Origin: Pristiophorus japonicus | Taxonomy: Eukaryota | NCBI RefSeq assembly: GCF_044704955.1 | Contig: NC_091991.1 | Location: 55,242,001 to 55,306,000 of the forward strand | DNA: 64,000 nucleotides | Direction: 5' to 3' | Shown here: positions 23,946 through 37,181 of the stretch, one piece after another | Layout of the letters: each line of letters begins with the position of its first letter | Position numbering within the stretch: the stretch's first letter is position 1 | The notes under the pieces: model-generated | What the model was told of the DNA's origin: nothing | Databases searched by the model: none | What the model saw: the letters and a program-made list of their open reading frames with translations, nothing else | Program-made: the position numbers and the translations under genes

Positions 23946-25989
23946 TCCTTGTGCATGAATCCCAAAAAGTTAGTTTGCAGGTGCAGCAGGTAATCAGGAA
24001 GGCAAATGGAATGTTGGCCTTCAATGCGAGAGGGATGGAGTACAAAAGCAGGGAGGTCCTGCTGCAACTGTACAGGGTATTGGTGAGGCCGCACCTGGAG
24101 TACTGCGTGCAGTTTTGGTCACCTTACTTCAGGAAGGATATACTAGCCTTGGAGAGGGTACAGAGACGATTCACTAGGCTGATTCCGGAGGTGAGGGGGT
24201 TACCTTATGATGATAGATTGAGTAGACTGGGTCTTTACTCGTTGGAGTTCAGCAGGATCAGGGGTGATCTTATAGAAACATTTAAAATAATGAAAGGGAT
24301 AGACAAGATAGAGGCAGAGGTTGTTTCCACTGGTCGGGGAGACTAGAACTAGGGGGCACAGCCTCAAAATACGGGGGAGCCAATTTAAAACCGAGTTGAG
24401 AAGGAATTTCTTCTCCCAGAGGGTTGTGAATCTGTGGAATTCTCTGCCCAAGGAAGCAGTTGAGGCTAGCTCATTGAATGTATTCAAATCACAGATAGAT
24501 AGATTTTTAACCAATAAGGGAATTAAGGGTTATGGGGAGCGGGCGGGTAAGTGGAGTTGAGTCCACGGCCAGATCAGCCATGATCTTGTTGAATGGCGGA
24601 GCAGGCTCGAGGGGCTAGATGGCCTACTCCTGTTCCTAATTCTTATGTTCTTATGTCGGAACCGGGCCATTTAACATTTCATCTAATTATAGATTATAAG
24701 CATTAATTTCCTTGTGTTGTCTGTCTTAAGCTGCTTTATGATTTCACAAAGCAGCAGAGCTTTGCGATCACTGTGACATCAGCTTTTATTCTTGAATTAT
24801 AAAAGCCACATAGAAATTGATTTTTTTTTGGTAAGTGAAATGCACTTAATATCTTGTATAGTCCAGGTTATGGCATTACAATAATTTGCTATTACTATGA
24901 TGTAAAAGGTCTGCAACAATAACAAAATGTCACAATAAATTCTTAACTGGCGGAAAAGAAATACTATAAATGGAAGCATCACCAACCTTTAAGCACCATA
25001 TTTTTAATTTAAAAAAGGTCAACTCCAGTTTAATTTGAAAAACTGACAGATAAAAATATTAAACATAAACAGCACACAGAATTGTCAGTTAAAATAACTC
25101 CATCCGAAGGTTCCTGCAGCTGTTTATCCCTTTAAAACAGCATAAAACGAAATTCATAATAGTTCAATGTCCTTATTTCTACAATTTGGGTACCGAAGTC
25201 TTAAGCATGAACAGTGGAATTACAATTTGCAATACCTCTACTACGAATAGCAACTGAGCCACAAGATTAACATTAACTATATCAGCAATCACTGGGGTAC
25301 AGTTGTTTAACATCTCATTCAACAATTTACATTCATAGCAGCAGGGAAAGTGCAATTAGGGAAAGTGTCCAACAGTACACATTCAAAAGGTCAATTTTGA
25401 AAAAGCTTTTGAAGACGTGGAAAGAATTCGCAAGCCGAGGAGCCACTCACTCACCGAGCCAGACATCTAAAATAAATCTAGTTTTGAACGAGGAACTATA
25501 CCTGATATCCATTTTCTTAGAACAGTTGAGGATTGTGCGAGTTGAAATAACTCCACAGTACAAAACTGTAATTTTCAATAAGATACAATATGATTCTGTA
25601 ATATTTATTGTAAATGGATTTATTAACAAGGTCTTTTCTAAAGTGAGCAGAGGAGCAGAAGACTACGTAACACATTTGCTTTCAATATGCCAAGTACAAA
25701 TGAACTTTATGTCGTAAATTAACACAAAAGATAAACTGAAAGTAAAGAGGAAAAGGTCCCATCCTCAGCCTTTCCCGTTTGTTATGCACCGACAAATCTT
25801 CAAAAAATACACCAAAAGTAGAAAAGGAAATCAGTACTGTTCAAAAGAGGATTTTGTCCTAAAATGCGCAACGCCATCTGATGTGTGTTTGCAACAAACA
25901 GCCCTCTATATTGCACACACTGTAAAGTCCACATATCTCATTTGGAGATGAATTACAGATTTTGCCCAAAATGCCATCTGATCAAACAC

Positions 25990-26340
25990 GCAGAGCCAGC
26001 CTCCAGCGACAGCCCACCGCAGAGGCGAGTGCCCGGGGTCCAGCACGGCGCTCACTCGCTGCAGCTGGCACTTAGCGTAAGCGCAAAATAACCCGCAGGC
26101 AATACCCTCCCCCTCCGCACTGCTTCCCGGCCGGTCTTTTCCTACCTGACGCTGTAATAGGACATCTTTGGGCGCCGTTGCTATGGTGTTGGCGGCAGCT
26201 CCCGTCTCCCGCTCCTGGTTCCGTCACTGAATTTCCACTCACTCCAGGAGCCCCGGCCGTAGCAACGCACCCGCCAACAAACACCATTCCCATTGGTCCT
26301 CCGTCTTTCTCCCACCAATACACGTCATCTCATTCAACCA
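25990..26340 (-). promoter_or_regulatory. CpG-rich promoter with RFX X-box-like motifs, CCAAT boxes and a CRE half-site; probably the TULP3 promoter (synteny inference)
   Basis: GTTGCTATGG at 26177-26186, CCGTAGCAAC at 26257-26266, ATTGG at 26292, CCAAT at 26315, CACGTCA at 26321; unique non-repeat GC-rich DNA downstream of RHNO1. Confidence 0.55.
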
Positions 26341-26405
26341 TGGTTAACCCCTGCTGCTTTTCTGATGAAGGTCTAGTTTTCAAGCTGTCTCTTAGTAACG
26401 TAACG

Positions 26406-29400
26406 TGATCCGTCCTTACTATACAGTATAAATGCACACGAGGCCCATGCTTGAGAGAAGATCAGTCTGTGACCTGTCATTTATTCCTTCGCACTCAAGT
26501 GATGAAGGTGGGTGGAGCTTCCCCTTTTATACCTGAAGGTCCAGGTTAGGAGTGTCTCCCACCTAGTGGTCATTGTTCTCACAGTGTACAACTTAGGTCA
26601 GATTATACATGGGTTACAATGCTGGTTGAATACATGACATCACCTCCCCCCAAAGTCTTATTGCGATCACAGGTTGAGTCTCTCTGGTGATTTACGCTCT
26701 CTTGTAGAGCGCCTGAGTTGGGGTTCCGGTTGTTGGGCGCTGGCCTGAGTATCTGCTGTTTGCGGTGCCTCAGGCCTATCCAGACTGCCCACAGTGATTG
26801 GGCTCTCCTCTCTTTGGTTCCGGTGTTCGGTCACCTGTGGTGGAGTGAACTCTACATCGTGTTCTTCCTCTGCTTCTTCTATGGGGTTGCTGAACCAACT
26901 TTTTGTTTGATCCACATGTTTGCGGTAGATTTGTCCATTGGTAAGTTTAACTACCAGAATCCTATTTCCCTCTGGCAATCACAGTGCCTGCGAGCCATTT
27001 GGGCCCTGCAGCGTAGTTGAGGACAAAAACAGGATCATTTACATCAATACATCGCGCCCTCGCATTCCTGTCATGGTAGTCATATTGGTCATATTGTGGC
27101 TGGCGCCTGCTCTCGACAATTTCTTTCATGGTGAGGTGTATAAGGGATAGCCGGGTTTTGAGCATCCTTTTCATTAGCAGCTCGGTGGGTGGAACGCCTG
27201 TGAGCGAGTGTGGTTGGGATCTATAGGCCAACAGGAGACGTGATAATCAGGTTTGTAGGGAACCTCCTTGGCTTCTGAGCATCCCCCGTTTGATTATCTG
27301 CACTGCTCGTTCTGCCTGGCCATTTGAGGCCAGCTTGAACGGTGCCGTTCTGACATGGTTAATTCCATTGCCTGCTATGAAGTCCTGGAATTCACTGCTT
27401 GTGAAGCACGGGCCATTGTCGCTGACCAAGACGCCCGGTAAACCGTGGGCGGCGAACATTGCCCATAGACTTTCTACCATGGCAGAGGCTGTGCTTGAAT
27501 TTAAAATGACACACTCGATCCATTTGGAGTAGGCGTCTACTACAACCAAAAACATTTTTCCCATGAAAGGACCTGCGTAGTCCACTTGGATGCGTGACCA
27601 AGGCTTGGCGGGCCATGGACTAAGGGGGGCTTCCCTGGGCGCATTGCCCAGCTGGGCACACGTGTTGCACCTGCGAACACAAAGTTCCAGATCTGCGTCT
27701 ATCCCTGGCCACCAAACCTGTGACCTGGCAATTGCCTTCATCATGACAATGCCCAGGTGCTCATTGTGGAGTTCTCTGATGAACACCTCTCTGCCCATCT
27801 GGGGCATGACTACGCGGTTTCCCCACAGTAGGCAATCGGCCTGAATCGAGAGTTCATCCCTGCGCCTGTGAAATGGTTTAAATTCCTCAGGGATGCCCTG
27901 TACGTGGCTGCCCAGTCCCCATTCAAGACACATTTCTTGACTAGAGACAATAGCGGGTCTCTATTTGTCCAGACTTTAATCTGACGGGCTGTCACGGGTG
28001 AGCCTTCGCTTCCGAAAGCTTCAACAGCCATGACCATCTCAGCAGCATGCTCGGTAGCCCCCTCAGTGGTGGCTAGTGGGAGCCTGCTGAGTGCATCGGC
28101 GCAGTTTTCGGTGCCCGGTCTGTGCCGAATTGTGTAGTCATAGGCGGCTAACGTGAGTGCCCACCTCTGCATGTGGGCCGATGCGTTTGCATTTATGGCC
28201 TTGTTATCGGCCAAAAGGAACGTTAGGGGTTTGTGATCTGTCTCCAGCTCAAACTTCCTGTCAAACAGGTACTGGTGCATTTTCTTTACAGCATATACAC
28301 ATGCAAGTGCCTCCTTTTCTACCATCCCGTAACCCCTTTCTGCCTGGGACAGACTCCTCGAGGCATAAGCTACCGGCTGTAACTGACGCTTGACATTGAC
28401 ATGCTGCAACACACACCCGACACCATAGGACGACGCATCGCATGTTAACACTATACGACCCATGTAAGAAACTTGTGTTAACAGAGTGTTGGAACATAAC
28501 AAATTGCGTGCTCTATTAAAAGCCCATTCCTGGCTGTCCCCCCCAGACCCATTCGCGACCTTTGCGTAGGAGCACGTGTAGCGGCTCTAGCAGCGTGCTC
28601 AATTTGGAAGAAAGTTACCAAAATAGTTCAGGAGCCCCAGGAACAAACGCAGCTCCGTCGTGTTACGGGGTCTGGGTGCTCTCTGGATCGCTTCCGTCTT
28701 GGACGCAGTAGGGCTGATCCAGTCTGCTGCTATCCTCATCCCCAGGAATTCTACCTCTGGAGCTAGGAAGACACACTTCGCCTTTTTCAGTCGCAGCCCT
28801 AACCGGTACAGTCTGCGTAGCACCTCCTCCAGGTTATGGAGGTGTTCTTCAGTATCGTAACCGGTGATGTGGATGTCGTCCTGAAAAACCACCGTCCCTG
28901 GAATCGACTTGAGGAGGCTTTCCATATTTCGGGAAGATCGCGGCGGCCGAGCGAATCCCGAACGGACATCTGTTGTACTCAAACAACCCCTTGTGTGTCG
29001 TGATGGTGGTCAGCTTCTTCGACTCACTCGCCAGCTTCTGGGTCATGTAAGCTGAGGTCAGGTCCAAATTTGAAAAAGGTTTGCCACCGGATAGCGTCGC
29101 AAAGAGGTCCTCCGCTCTCGGTAGCGGGTACTGGTCTTGGAGTGACACCCGATTGATGGTGGCCTTGTAATCACCACATATCCTGACCCATCCGCCTTCA
29201 CCGGCACGATCAGGCTCGCCCAGTCACTGAATTCGACTGGCGAGATGATGCCTTCCCTCAGCAGGCGGTCCAATTCACCTTCTATCTTTTCCCGCATCAC
29301 GTACGGCACCTCTCTGGCCTTGTGGTGTATTGGCCTGGCGTCCGGGTTTATGTGAATCACTACCTTGGCCCCCATTAAAGTGCCGATGCCGGGTTGAAAT

Positions 29401-30511
29401 AAGAGTCAAATTTGTCCAGGATCTGTGAGCATGATACTCGCTCCACAGAGGAAATTACATTGACATCGCCCCATTTCCAGTTCATGACAGCAAGCCAACT
29501 CCTCCCCAGTAGTGCAGGACCATCCCCTGGGACAATCCAGAGAGGCAACCTGTTCTCCGAATCTTTATGGGTCACGACTACCATGGCGCTACCTAGCACC
29601 GGAATGATCTGCTTTGTGTAAGTTCGTAGCTGTGCATCAATCGGCGATAATTTTGGCCTCCTGGCCTTGGACGCCTACAACTTTTCGAACTGTTTGATCA
29701 GGGACTGGCTGGCCCCCGTGTCTAGCTCCATTGATACTGGGATGCCATTGAGGAGCACTTTCATCATTATCGGTGGCGTCCTGGTGTATGAACTGTATAC
29801 GTGCTCCACATGAACTCGCTGAACTTCAGCTTCCAGCAATTTCCACCAGCGTTCACTTCTGCAATTTCTGCAGGTATTTTGCTCATCTCTGCAAACTCCG
29901 GCTGAGTGTGTGCCTCCACGCTTCCAACATGAGCTGTTGTTTGAAACAAAAGGTCCCTTGCCAGTCGATCATCCCTGACTGCCCCTGTGACTGTCCTTGA
30001 ATGCGCCATTAACAGGTGTTGATGGCCCCATTACTGGTCGCATTGTCCCTTGCAATGGCGTGAATCGCCGTTCAGCTTGGCATTGTCTCTGTCGAACTCC
30101 CCCTCTGGGTTCGACTACATGTTGGGGCATGCCCGATTGCCCTTGTCTGCCTGGAGAACTGTGTGCTGCTTTAACAATGTTGAATCTCTGTCCCAACCAT
30201 TCCTTAACACAGTACCTCTCGTCTGTTCTGCTAGTGGCCATGCTCGCGTGGTTTAAATCCCAGTTTCTCGTCGCCATTGATACGTCCTTACTATACAGTA
30301 TAAATGCACACGAGGCCCATGCTTGGGAGAAGGTCAATCTGTGACCTGTCCTTTATTCCTTAGCACTCAAGTGATGAAGGTGGGTGGAGCTTCCCCTTTT
30401 ATACCTGAAGGTCCAGGTTAGGAGTGTCTCCCACCTAGTGGTCATTGTTCTCACAGTGTACAACTTGGGTCAGATTATACATGGGTTACAATGCTGGTTG
30501 AATACATGACA
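26406..30511 (-). mobile_element. Ty3/Gypsy (Mag-like) LTR retrotransposon, gag partly deleted, pol disrupted
   Basis: 234-bp LTRs at 26406-26639 and 30278-30511; PBS TGGCGACGAG; PPT at 26640-26650; protease (LDTG), RT (FQDD), RNase H (CDASSYG), integrase (VSDNGP). Confidence 0.93.
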
Positions 30512-30789
30512 CGCCCAACGTCCTGAAATCATCCTAATGCCTCGTTGATGTTTATGCAGTTCATGGGCACAATCCAGTGAAAGTCTGGCCATCTGCTCAG
30601 GATTATCCCGATCACTTGTGATGGCTCCCTCCAAGCTGCAATCGATACCCTGTCTGGAGCATGCAGTTCGAACATTTGAACGATCAGGGAGCAATGCACA
30701 GCTTGTCTGGCTTCTCCCTTAATGACCCGCAGTCGGGTCTGCCTATTTGCTAAATGTTATTAACATCCACCCCAAAATGTGCTTCCAGA

Positions 30790-31180
30790 TTTCATTCCTC
30801 ACTGGCCTAGCTCTCAATTATAAGATTGTTCTAGATTCCCCCACCAGAGGAAATAGTACAAAAGCAAAATACTGCAGATGCTGGAAATCTGAAATAAAAA
30901 CAGAAAGTGCTGGAAATACTCAGCAGTCAGGCAGCATCTGTTGAGAGAAAACCAATAGATAACGTTCCTCTCGAATCCCTTTATCATTTTAAACACCTCA
31001 ATTATATCACCTCTCAACCTTCTAAACTCAAGGGAATACAAACCAAGTTTATGCAACCTGTCCTCATAATTTAAGCCCTGGGATAATTCTGGTGAATCTG
31101 TGCTGCAACCCCTCCGAGGCCAATATACCTTTACTGAGGTGCGGTGTCCAAACCTGAACACATCACTCCAGATGGAGTCT
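30790..31180 (-). mobile_element. Old CR1 fragment with an embedded Penelope-like terminal repeat
   Basis: YEDRLHKLGLYSLEFRRLRGDIIEVFK; the Penelope-type repeat lies at ~30860-30965. Confidence 0.65.
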
Positions 31181-32563
31181 GACGTTTGTTACTGAGTTTA
31201 TCATAGTTGACCTTTAATTTGCTTATTTGTCACTCAATGGGAACACTACAGTTGCTAAGCGGAGAGTTGTTTGTCTATTTTCTGCAGAATGTGGATGAAA
31301 AGAAAGCAGTTCATTAAAAACTGAATATTACTGGGTTTTATGACAAGAGATATAGAATATAAAAGTTGAGATGTATTGGTGAATCTGTATGAAACCACTG
31401 TTGGAATACTGTGTGCAGTTTAGACTGCATATTGTAGAAAAGACTGGCACTAGAGATATTTCAGATTTAGCACCAATTCACTAGGATGCAGTCTGATGTG
31501 AGGAAATACAAATATGAAGAAAAAGTTGAAGGAAATGGAGCTTCCAATGAACGGTAGACCATGAAATGCAGTACCAGAGCTAGTGATTGAAGGAGGTGGT
31601 ATAAAAGGGATATGAGAAGAGAGAGAGGGGGCATATGGAATTAGGGCTGCTGCTCAGGCGGAGGACAAAGATCAACACCGACTGGTTGGGTAGAACAGTC
31701 TATTTCTGTAATATATATGTAATTTTAATGATAAAATTTTAAGCTATGGTTACAGTGAGTGATATGGCACAGCAAAATATACTGCTACTTATCCTATGAA
31801 TTTTTACATTTACTGTGTATTGCACCCATACTGCGATTTAACAACAATAAAAAAAAGTCAGAAGCACTGGAATTGGTGGTCTAAAAAGAACTTAGCAACA
31901 ATAAATCATTTGCTATAATCATATTTTTTAAAAGCTTCGAATAGTTTAGTGAAACTAAAAATCCAAAACAAAAGCCAATAGTACAAAAAGCACTCGTACC
32001 CGAGTAATATATCCAGAAGCTGTCCATCTTGCATCCCATCTTGAATAAAATATTAGCTGTTTAACACTGCTTTATCACCACTTTTTTAGGCTTTGTATAC
32101 TGTGCACCAAACCTGCAATATCTGTAAATATGTCCCAAGATATGCCACTGATTCCCAAATCTGTGCCCATCTTTCCCGCAATTCCATGTTTGAATCCCTC
32201 TAAACTGGTTTCCGTGCCTGCCACAGTACCGAAACGGTTCTCATCAAATGACATCCTCGTCCTTCTTGACCTGTCTACAGCCTTTTACACGGTTGACCGC
32301 TCTATCGTTCTCCAACACCTCTCCACCGTCGTCCAGTTGGATGAGATTTCACTTGCCTGGTTCCATTCTTACCTATCTAATCGTAGCCAGAGAATCACCT
32401 GCAACGGCTTCTCTTACCTCTGGTGACCCCCAACAATCTATTCTTGGTCCTTGGCAACATCATAGGAAAACAAAGCGTCAGTTTCCACATGTACGCTGAT
32501 GACACCCAGCTCCACCTCAATACCACTTCTCTCGACCCTTCCACAGTCGAAATTGTCAGACTG

Positions 32564-35500
32564 TATTGTGTTCCTAACAAAGATGAGGCTGCACACAGGG
32601 AGGTTAAAGTAACAGTGACAGTCTTTAATAAGACACTCCAGAGTGAGGAACAGGCTTTAGGGGCCAGCTTATATACAGTGCTCCCAAGGGATGCTGGGAT
32701 CCCTTGGGACTTCCGGGGATGAGCTCCCTGGTAGCGGAACATGGGAGTGCATGCTTTACAGATACACAACATCACTTCCCCTCCAAAGTCAAAATGAAAA
32801 CTATTTACAAGGTGGTCGAGAGCCTTTCTTTCCCTGGTGGATCGCCTCGGTACAAATGTCAGTTCTGGTGTATTGGCTGTGCCCTCGCTGGGCTGGCATG
32901 TTGTTGGCCGTGCAGGGCTGCTAGGTGAGCCTGGCCTTGCTGGGCTGTTGGACGTGATGGGTTCGATTTCCTGGTCCGGCGTGGTGTCGTTGATCCTTTG
33001 GATGTGTGTTGTGGGCTCGAAAAAGGTGGTGCCTGCTGTGGGTTGATCAGGGCAGTCTGTGAACCACAACCTCGTTTGGTCCAGGTGCTTTCTGCAAATG
33101 TTTCCATTGTCTAGTTTGACTACAAACACCCTAACTCCCTTCTTTAGGTATCACCATGCCCGCGATCCACTTGGGACCATGTCCATAGTTTAGCACATAC
33201 ACAGGGTCATTCAGATCAATTTCCCATGACACAGTGGCGCGACCATCGTTTACATTTTGTTGCTGCCGCCTGCTCTCTACCTGATCATGCAGGTTGGGGT
33301 GAACCAGCGAGAGTCTGGTTTTAAGTGTCCTCTTCATGAGTAGCTCAGCCGGGGGCACCCCTGTGAGCGAGTGGGGTCTCGTGCGGTAGCTGAGCAGTAC
33401 TCAGGGCAGGCGGATTTGGAGTGAGCCTTCTGTGACTCGTTTAAGGCTCTGTTTGATGATTTGTACTGCCCGCTCTGCCTGCCCATTGGAGGCTGGTTTA
33501 AACAGGGCCGAGGTGACATGTTTGATCCCATTGCGGGTCATGAATTCTTTAAATTCGGCACTGATGAAACATGGCTTGTTGTCACTGACCAGTATCTCAG
33601 GTAGGCCATGGGTGGCAAACATGGCCCTCAGGCTTTCAATGGTGGCGGTGGTGGTGCTTCCCGACATTATTTCACATTCAATCCATTTTGAAAAAGCATC
33701 CACCACCGCCAGGAACATTTTACTGAGAAACGGGCCCACATAGTCGACAGGATACTCGACCATGGTCTGGAGGGCCAGGACCACAAACTTAGTGGTGCCT
33801 CTCTGGGTGGGTTGCTCAACTGAGCACATACGCTGCGTTGCCGTACACAGGACTCTAAGTCAGAGTCGATACCGGGCCACCACACGTGGGATCTGGCTAT
33901 CGCTTTCATCATTACTATACCCGGGTGTGTGCTGTGGAGATCAGAGATGAATATCTCCCTGCCCTTTATTGGTAGCACTATGTGGTTACCCCACAACAGA
34001 CAGTCTGCCTGAATGGACAGCTCGTCCTTTCGCCGCTGGAACGGCTTGATTGGCTCTTGCATTTCAACGGCCCAGCTCCCATGCAGTACACAGTTTTTTT
34101 TACTTGGTACAGCAAAGGATCTTGGCTGGTCCAAGTCCTAATCTGGCGGGCTGTGACAGGCGATTTATTATTTTCAAACGTTTCCATGACCATCAACAAG
34201 TCTGTGGGTTGCGCCATTTCCACCCCCGTGGTGGGCAACGGTAGCCGACTGAGAGCATCCGCACAGTTCTCGGTGCCTGGCCTGTGGCGGATGGTATAGC
34301 TATACGCTGATAGCGCGAGTGCCCACCTTTGTATGCGGGCTGAGGCATTAGTATTTATCCCCTTGTTTTCAGCGAACAGGGATGCGAGGGGCTTGTGATC
34401 GGTTTCCAGCTCAAATTTGAGGCCAAACAGGTACTGATGCATTTTCTTTACCTCGAACACACAAGCTAATGCCTCTTTCTCAATCATGCTGTAGGTCCTC
34501 TCGGCCTTAGACTAGCTCCTGGAGGCATAGGCGACAGGTTGCAACTTCTCCGCAACGTTAGCTTGTTGTAATACACACCCGACTCCGTACGACGACGCGT
34601 CACATGCTAGCACAAGTCTTTTACACAGGTTATACAATACAAGCAGCTTGTTGGAGCATAAAATGTTTCTGGCTTTCTCAAAAGCAATTACTTGTTTTTT
34701 TCTCCATACCCAGTTCTCACCTTTGCGCAATAACACATGTAGGGGCTCTAAAAGGGTGCTTAACCCCGGTAGGAAGTTACCAAAATAGTGGAGGAGTCCC
34801 AGGAACGACCGCAGCTCCGTGACATCCTGTGACCTGGGCAGGTTCCTGATAGCCTCTGTCTTGGCGTCTGTGGGCCGAATGCATCCGCCGCGATCTTTCT
34901 CCCCAAAAACTCCACTTCTGTTACCATGAAGACGCATTTTGACCTCTTCAGCCGCAGCCCTACGCGATCCAGTCACTGGAGGACCTCCTCCAGGTTTTGT
35001 AGGTGCTCGACGGTGTCCCGACCCGTGACCAATATGTCATCTTGAAAGACCTCCATGTGTGGTACCGACTTGAGTAGGCTCCCCATGTTTCTCTGGAAGA
35101 TCGCTGCAGCCGACCGAATTCCAAACGGGCATCTGTTGTAGATGAACAGTCCCTTGTGCGTGTTGATGCAGGTGAGGCCCTTCAAAGACTCCTCCAGCTC
35201 GTGTGTCATGTAGGCCGAAGTCAGGTCGAGCTTGGTGAATGTCTTGCCTCCTGCCAGCGTCGCAAATAGGTCATCTGCCTTAGGTAGCGGGTATTGGTCC
35301 TGTAGCGAGAAACGATTAATAGTTACTTTATAATTGCCGTAAATCCTGACCGTGCCATCACTTTTGAGTACTGGAACAATCGGGCTGGCCCACTCACTGA
35401 ATTCCACTGGGGAGATGATGCGAAGGCAGCCTGTCCAACTCGATTCCCACTTTCTCCCTCATCATGTGAGATACTGCTCGCGCCTTGTGGTGAATGGGTC

Positions 35501-37181
35501 GTGCCTCTGGGACCAAGTGGATCCGCACCTTCGCCCCAGAAAAGTTTCCAATGCCTGGCTCAAAAAGGAAAGGAAAGGCCTCATCGACATGTGATAGCGC
35601 TCAGATGTCATCTCAGTTCCAGCAGATTTTGCCCAGCCAGCTCCTTCCAAGCAGTGTGGGGCCATCGCCCGGGACAATCCAGAGTGGCAGTTCGTGCACC
35701 GTGCCCTCGTAGGTGACCTTGACCATGGCGCTGCCCAGGACAGTGATTAGCTCTTTGGTGTACGTTCTCAGTTTCGTGTGGATGGGGTCAGGACTGGTCT
35801 GAATGCTTTGTTGCACCACAGTCTCTCAAACATATTTTTACTCCTGATGGATTGGCTAGCACCAATGTCCAGTTCCATGGCTATGGGTAAGTCATTCAAT
35901 TTTATGTTTAGCATTAAAGGTGGACATTTCGTCGAAAATGTGTGCACTCCATGTACTTCAGCATCTGCCTCCTCTCTCTGAGGCTCGAAATTGCTTTGAT
36001 CCACCATGGACCGATCTTCCTCTGCCACGTGGTGGTTAGCAGGTTTTGCAGAGCTTGCAGCTTGTTTGCAAGCTCGTTGGAGTTGCCCCATTGTTACATC
36101 CATCCATCGGTACACCTCTATCCACCATGCTCGTTATATCCTCAAAGAATTCCAGTAAGTTAGTTAAACATGATTTCACAGCTCTTGCAAACATACCCTT
36201 TGAAGTGGCATGAATCGGCTGAATGGAAGCCTCCACAACATCAACAAGGTGTGAATTGCCTTGCATTCATCCTTTGTTGGGGACTCAGTCATCTGCGTCA
36301 CCTGAGGCCTGCTGGCAGTTGCAGACTCGTGGGTTCTGCCCTGTACATTTCTGCTCGCAAACACAGTTCCAGTTAAGTTATGAACACTGCTTGCACTTGT
36401 GTGCCGAGAGATTTGTTTGGTGTTATCACTGGTGGACATAAACGCTTGTGCTATCGCAATGGCCTTACTGAGGATCGGTGTCTCTACAGTCAAAAGTTTT
36501 CGTAGGATGGTCTCCTGGCCAATGCCCAGTATAAAAAAAGTCTCTGAGCATTTGCTCCAGGTAGCCATCAAACTCACATTATCCTGCAAGTCGCCTTAGC
36601 TCGGCGACGTAGCTCACCACTTCCTGACCTTCAGATCGCTGGCACGTGTAGAACCGATACCTCGCCATCAGCACGCTCTCCCTCGGGTTAAGATGTTCCC
36701 GAATCAGTGTACACAGCTTCTCATATGATTTATCTGTGGGTTTCACCAGAGCCAGAAGATTCTTCATGAGGCTGTAGGTCAGTGCCCTGCAGACTGTGAG
36801 GAGGACCGCTCTCCTTTTTGCAGCGCTTCCTTCTCCATCCAGTTCATTGGTGACAAAGTACTGGTCTAGCCGTTTGACATAGCCTTCCCAGTCCTCACCC
36901 TCCGAGAACTTCTCCAGGATGCCCACAGTTTGCTGCATCTTTGCGTTGGATTCGTATTCTCGTCGCCAGTTATTGTGTTCCTAACACAGATGAGGCTGCA
37001 CACAGGGAGGTTAAAGTAACAGTGACCTCAGTCTTTAATAAGACACTCCAGAGTGAGGAACAGGCCTTCGGGGCTGGCTTATATACAGTGCTCCCAAGGG
37101 ATGCTGGGATCCCTTGGGACTTCAGGTGATGAGCTTCTTGGTGGCGGAACATGGGAGTGCATGCTTTACAGATACACAACA
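32564..37181 (-). mobile_element. Ty3/Gypsy (Mag-like) LTR retrotransposon, full structure but disrupted
   Basis: LTRs at 32564-32771 and 36971-37181; 5-bp TSD GACTG; PBS TGGCGACGAG (tRNA-Ser-like); gag from 36938, then protease, RT (FQDD), RNase H, integrase. Confidence 0.95.

Larger units (their letters stand above)
17740..24656 (+). mobile_element. Near full-length chimeric CR1 (family-A-like 5'/ORF1, family-B ORF2) carrying nested insertions
   Basis: GC-rich tandem 5' repeats at 17740-17940; ORF1; ORF2 pieces at 19240-19385, 20766-23051 and 23960-24560; (TTCTTATG)n tail. The 5' boundary is approximate. Confidence 0.85.

Noticed and set aside
23038-23959. Three identical 14-bp repeats with long spacers as a CRISPR-like array
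   Set aside because: Eukaryotic context; the spacers are >400 bp and are copies of each other; the repeats are target-site duplications.
26358-26385. CTGATGAAGGTC as a hammerhead core
   Set aside because: No downstream GAAA or helix II partner.
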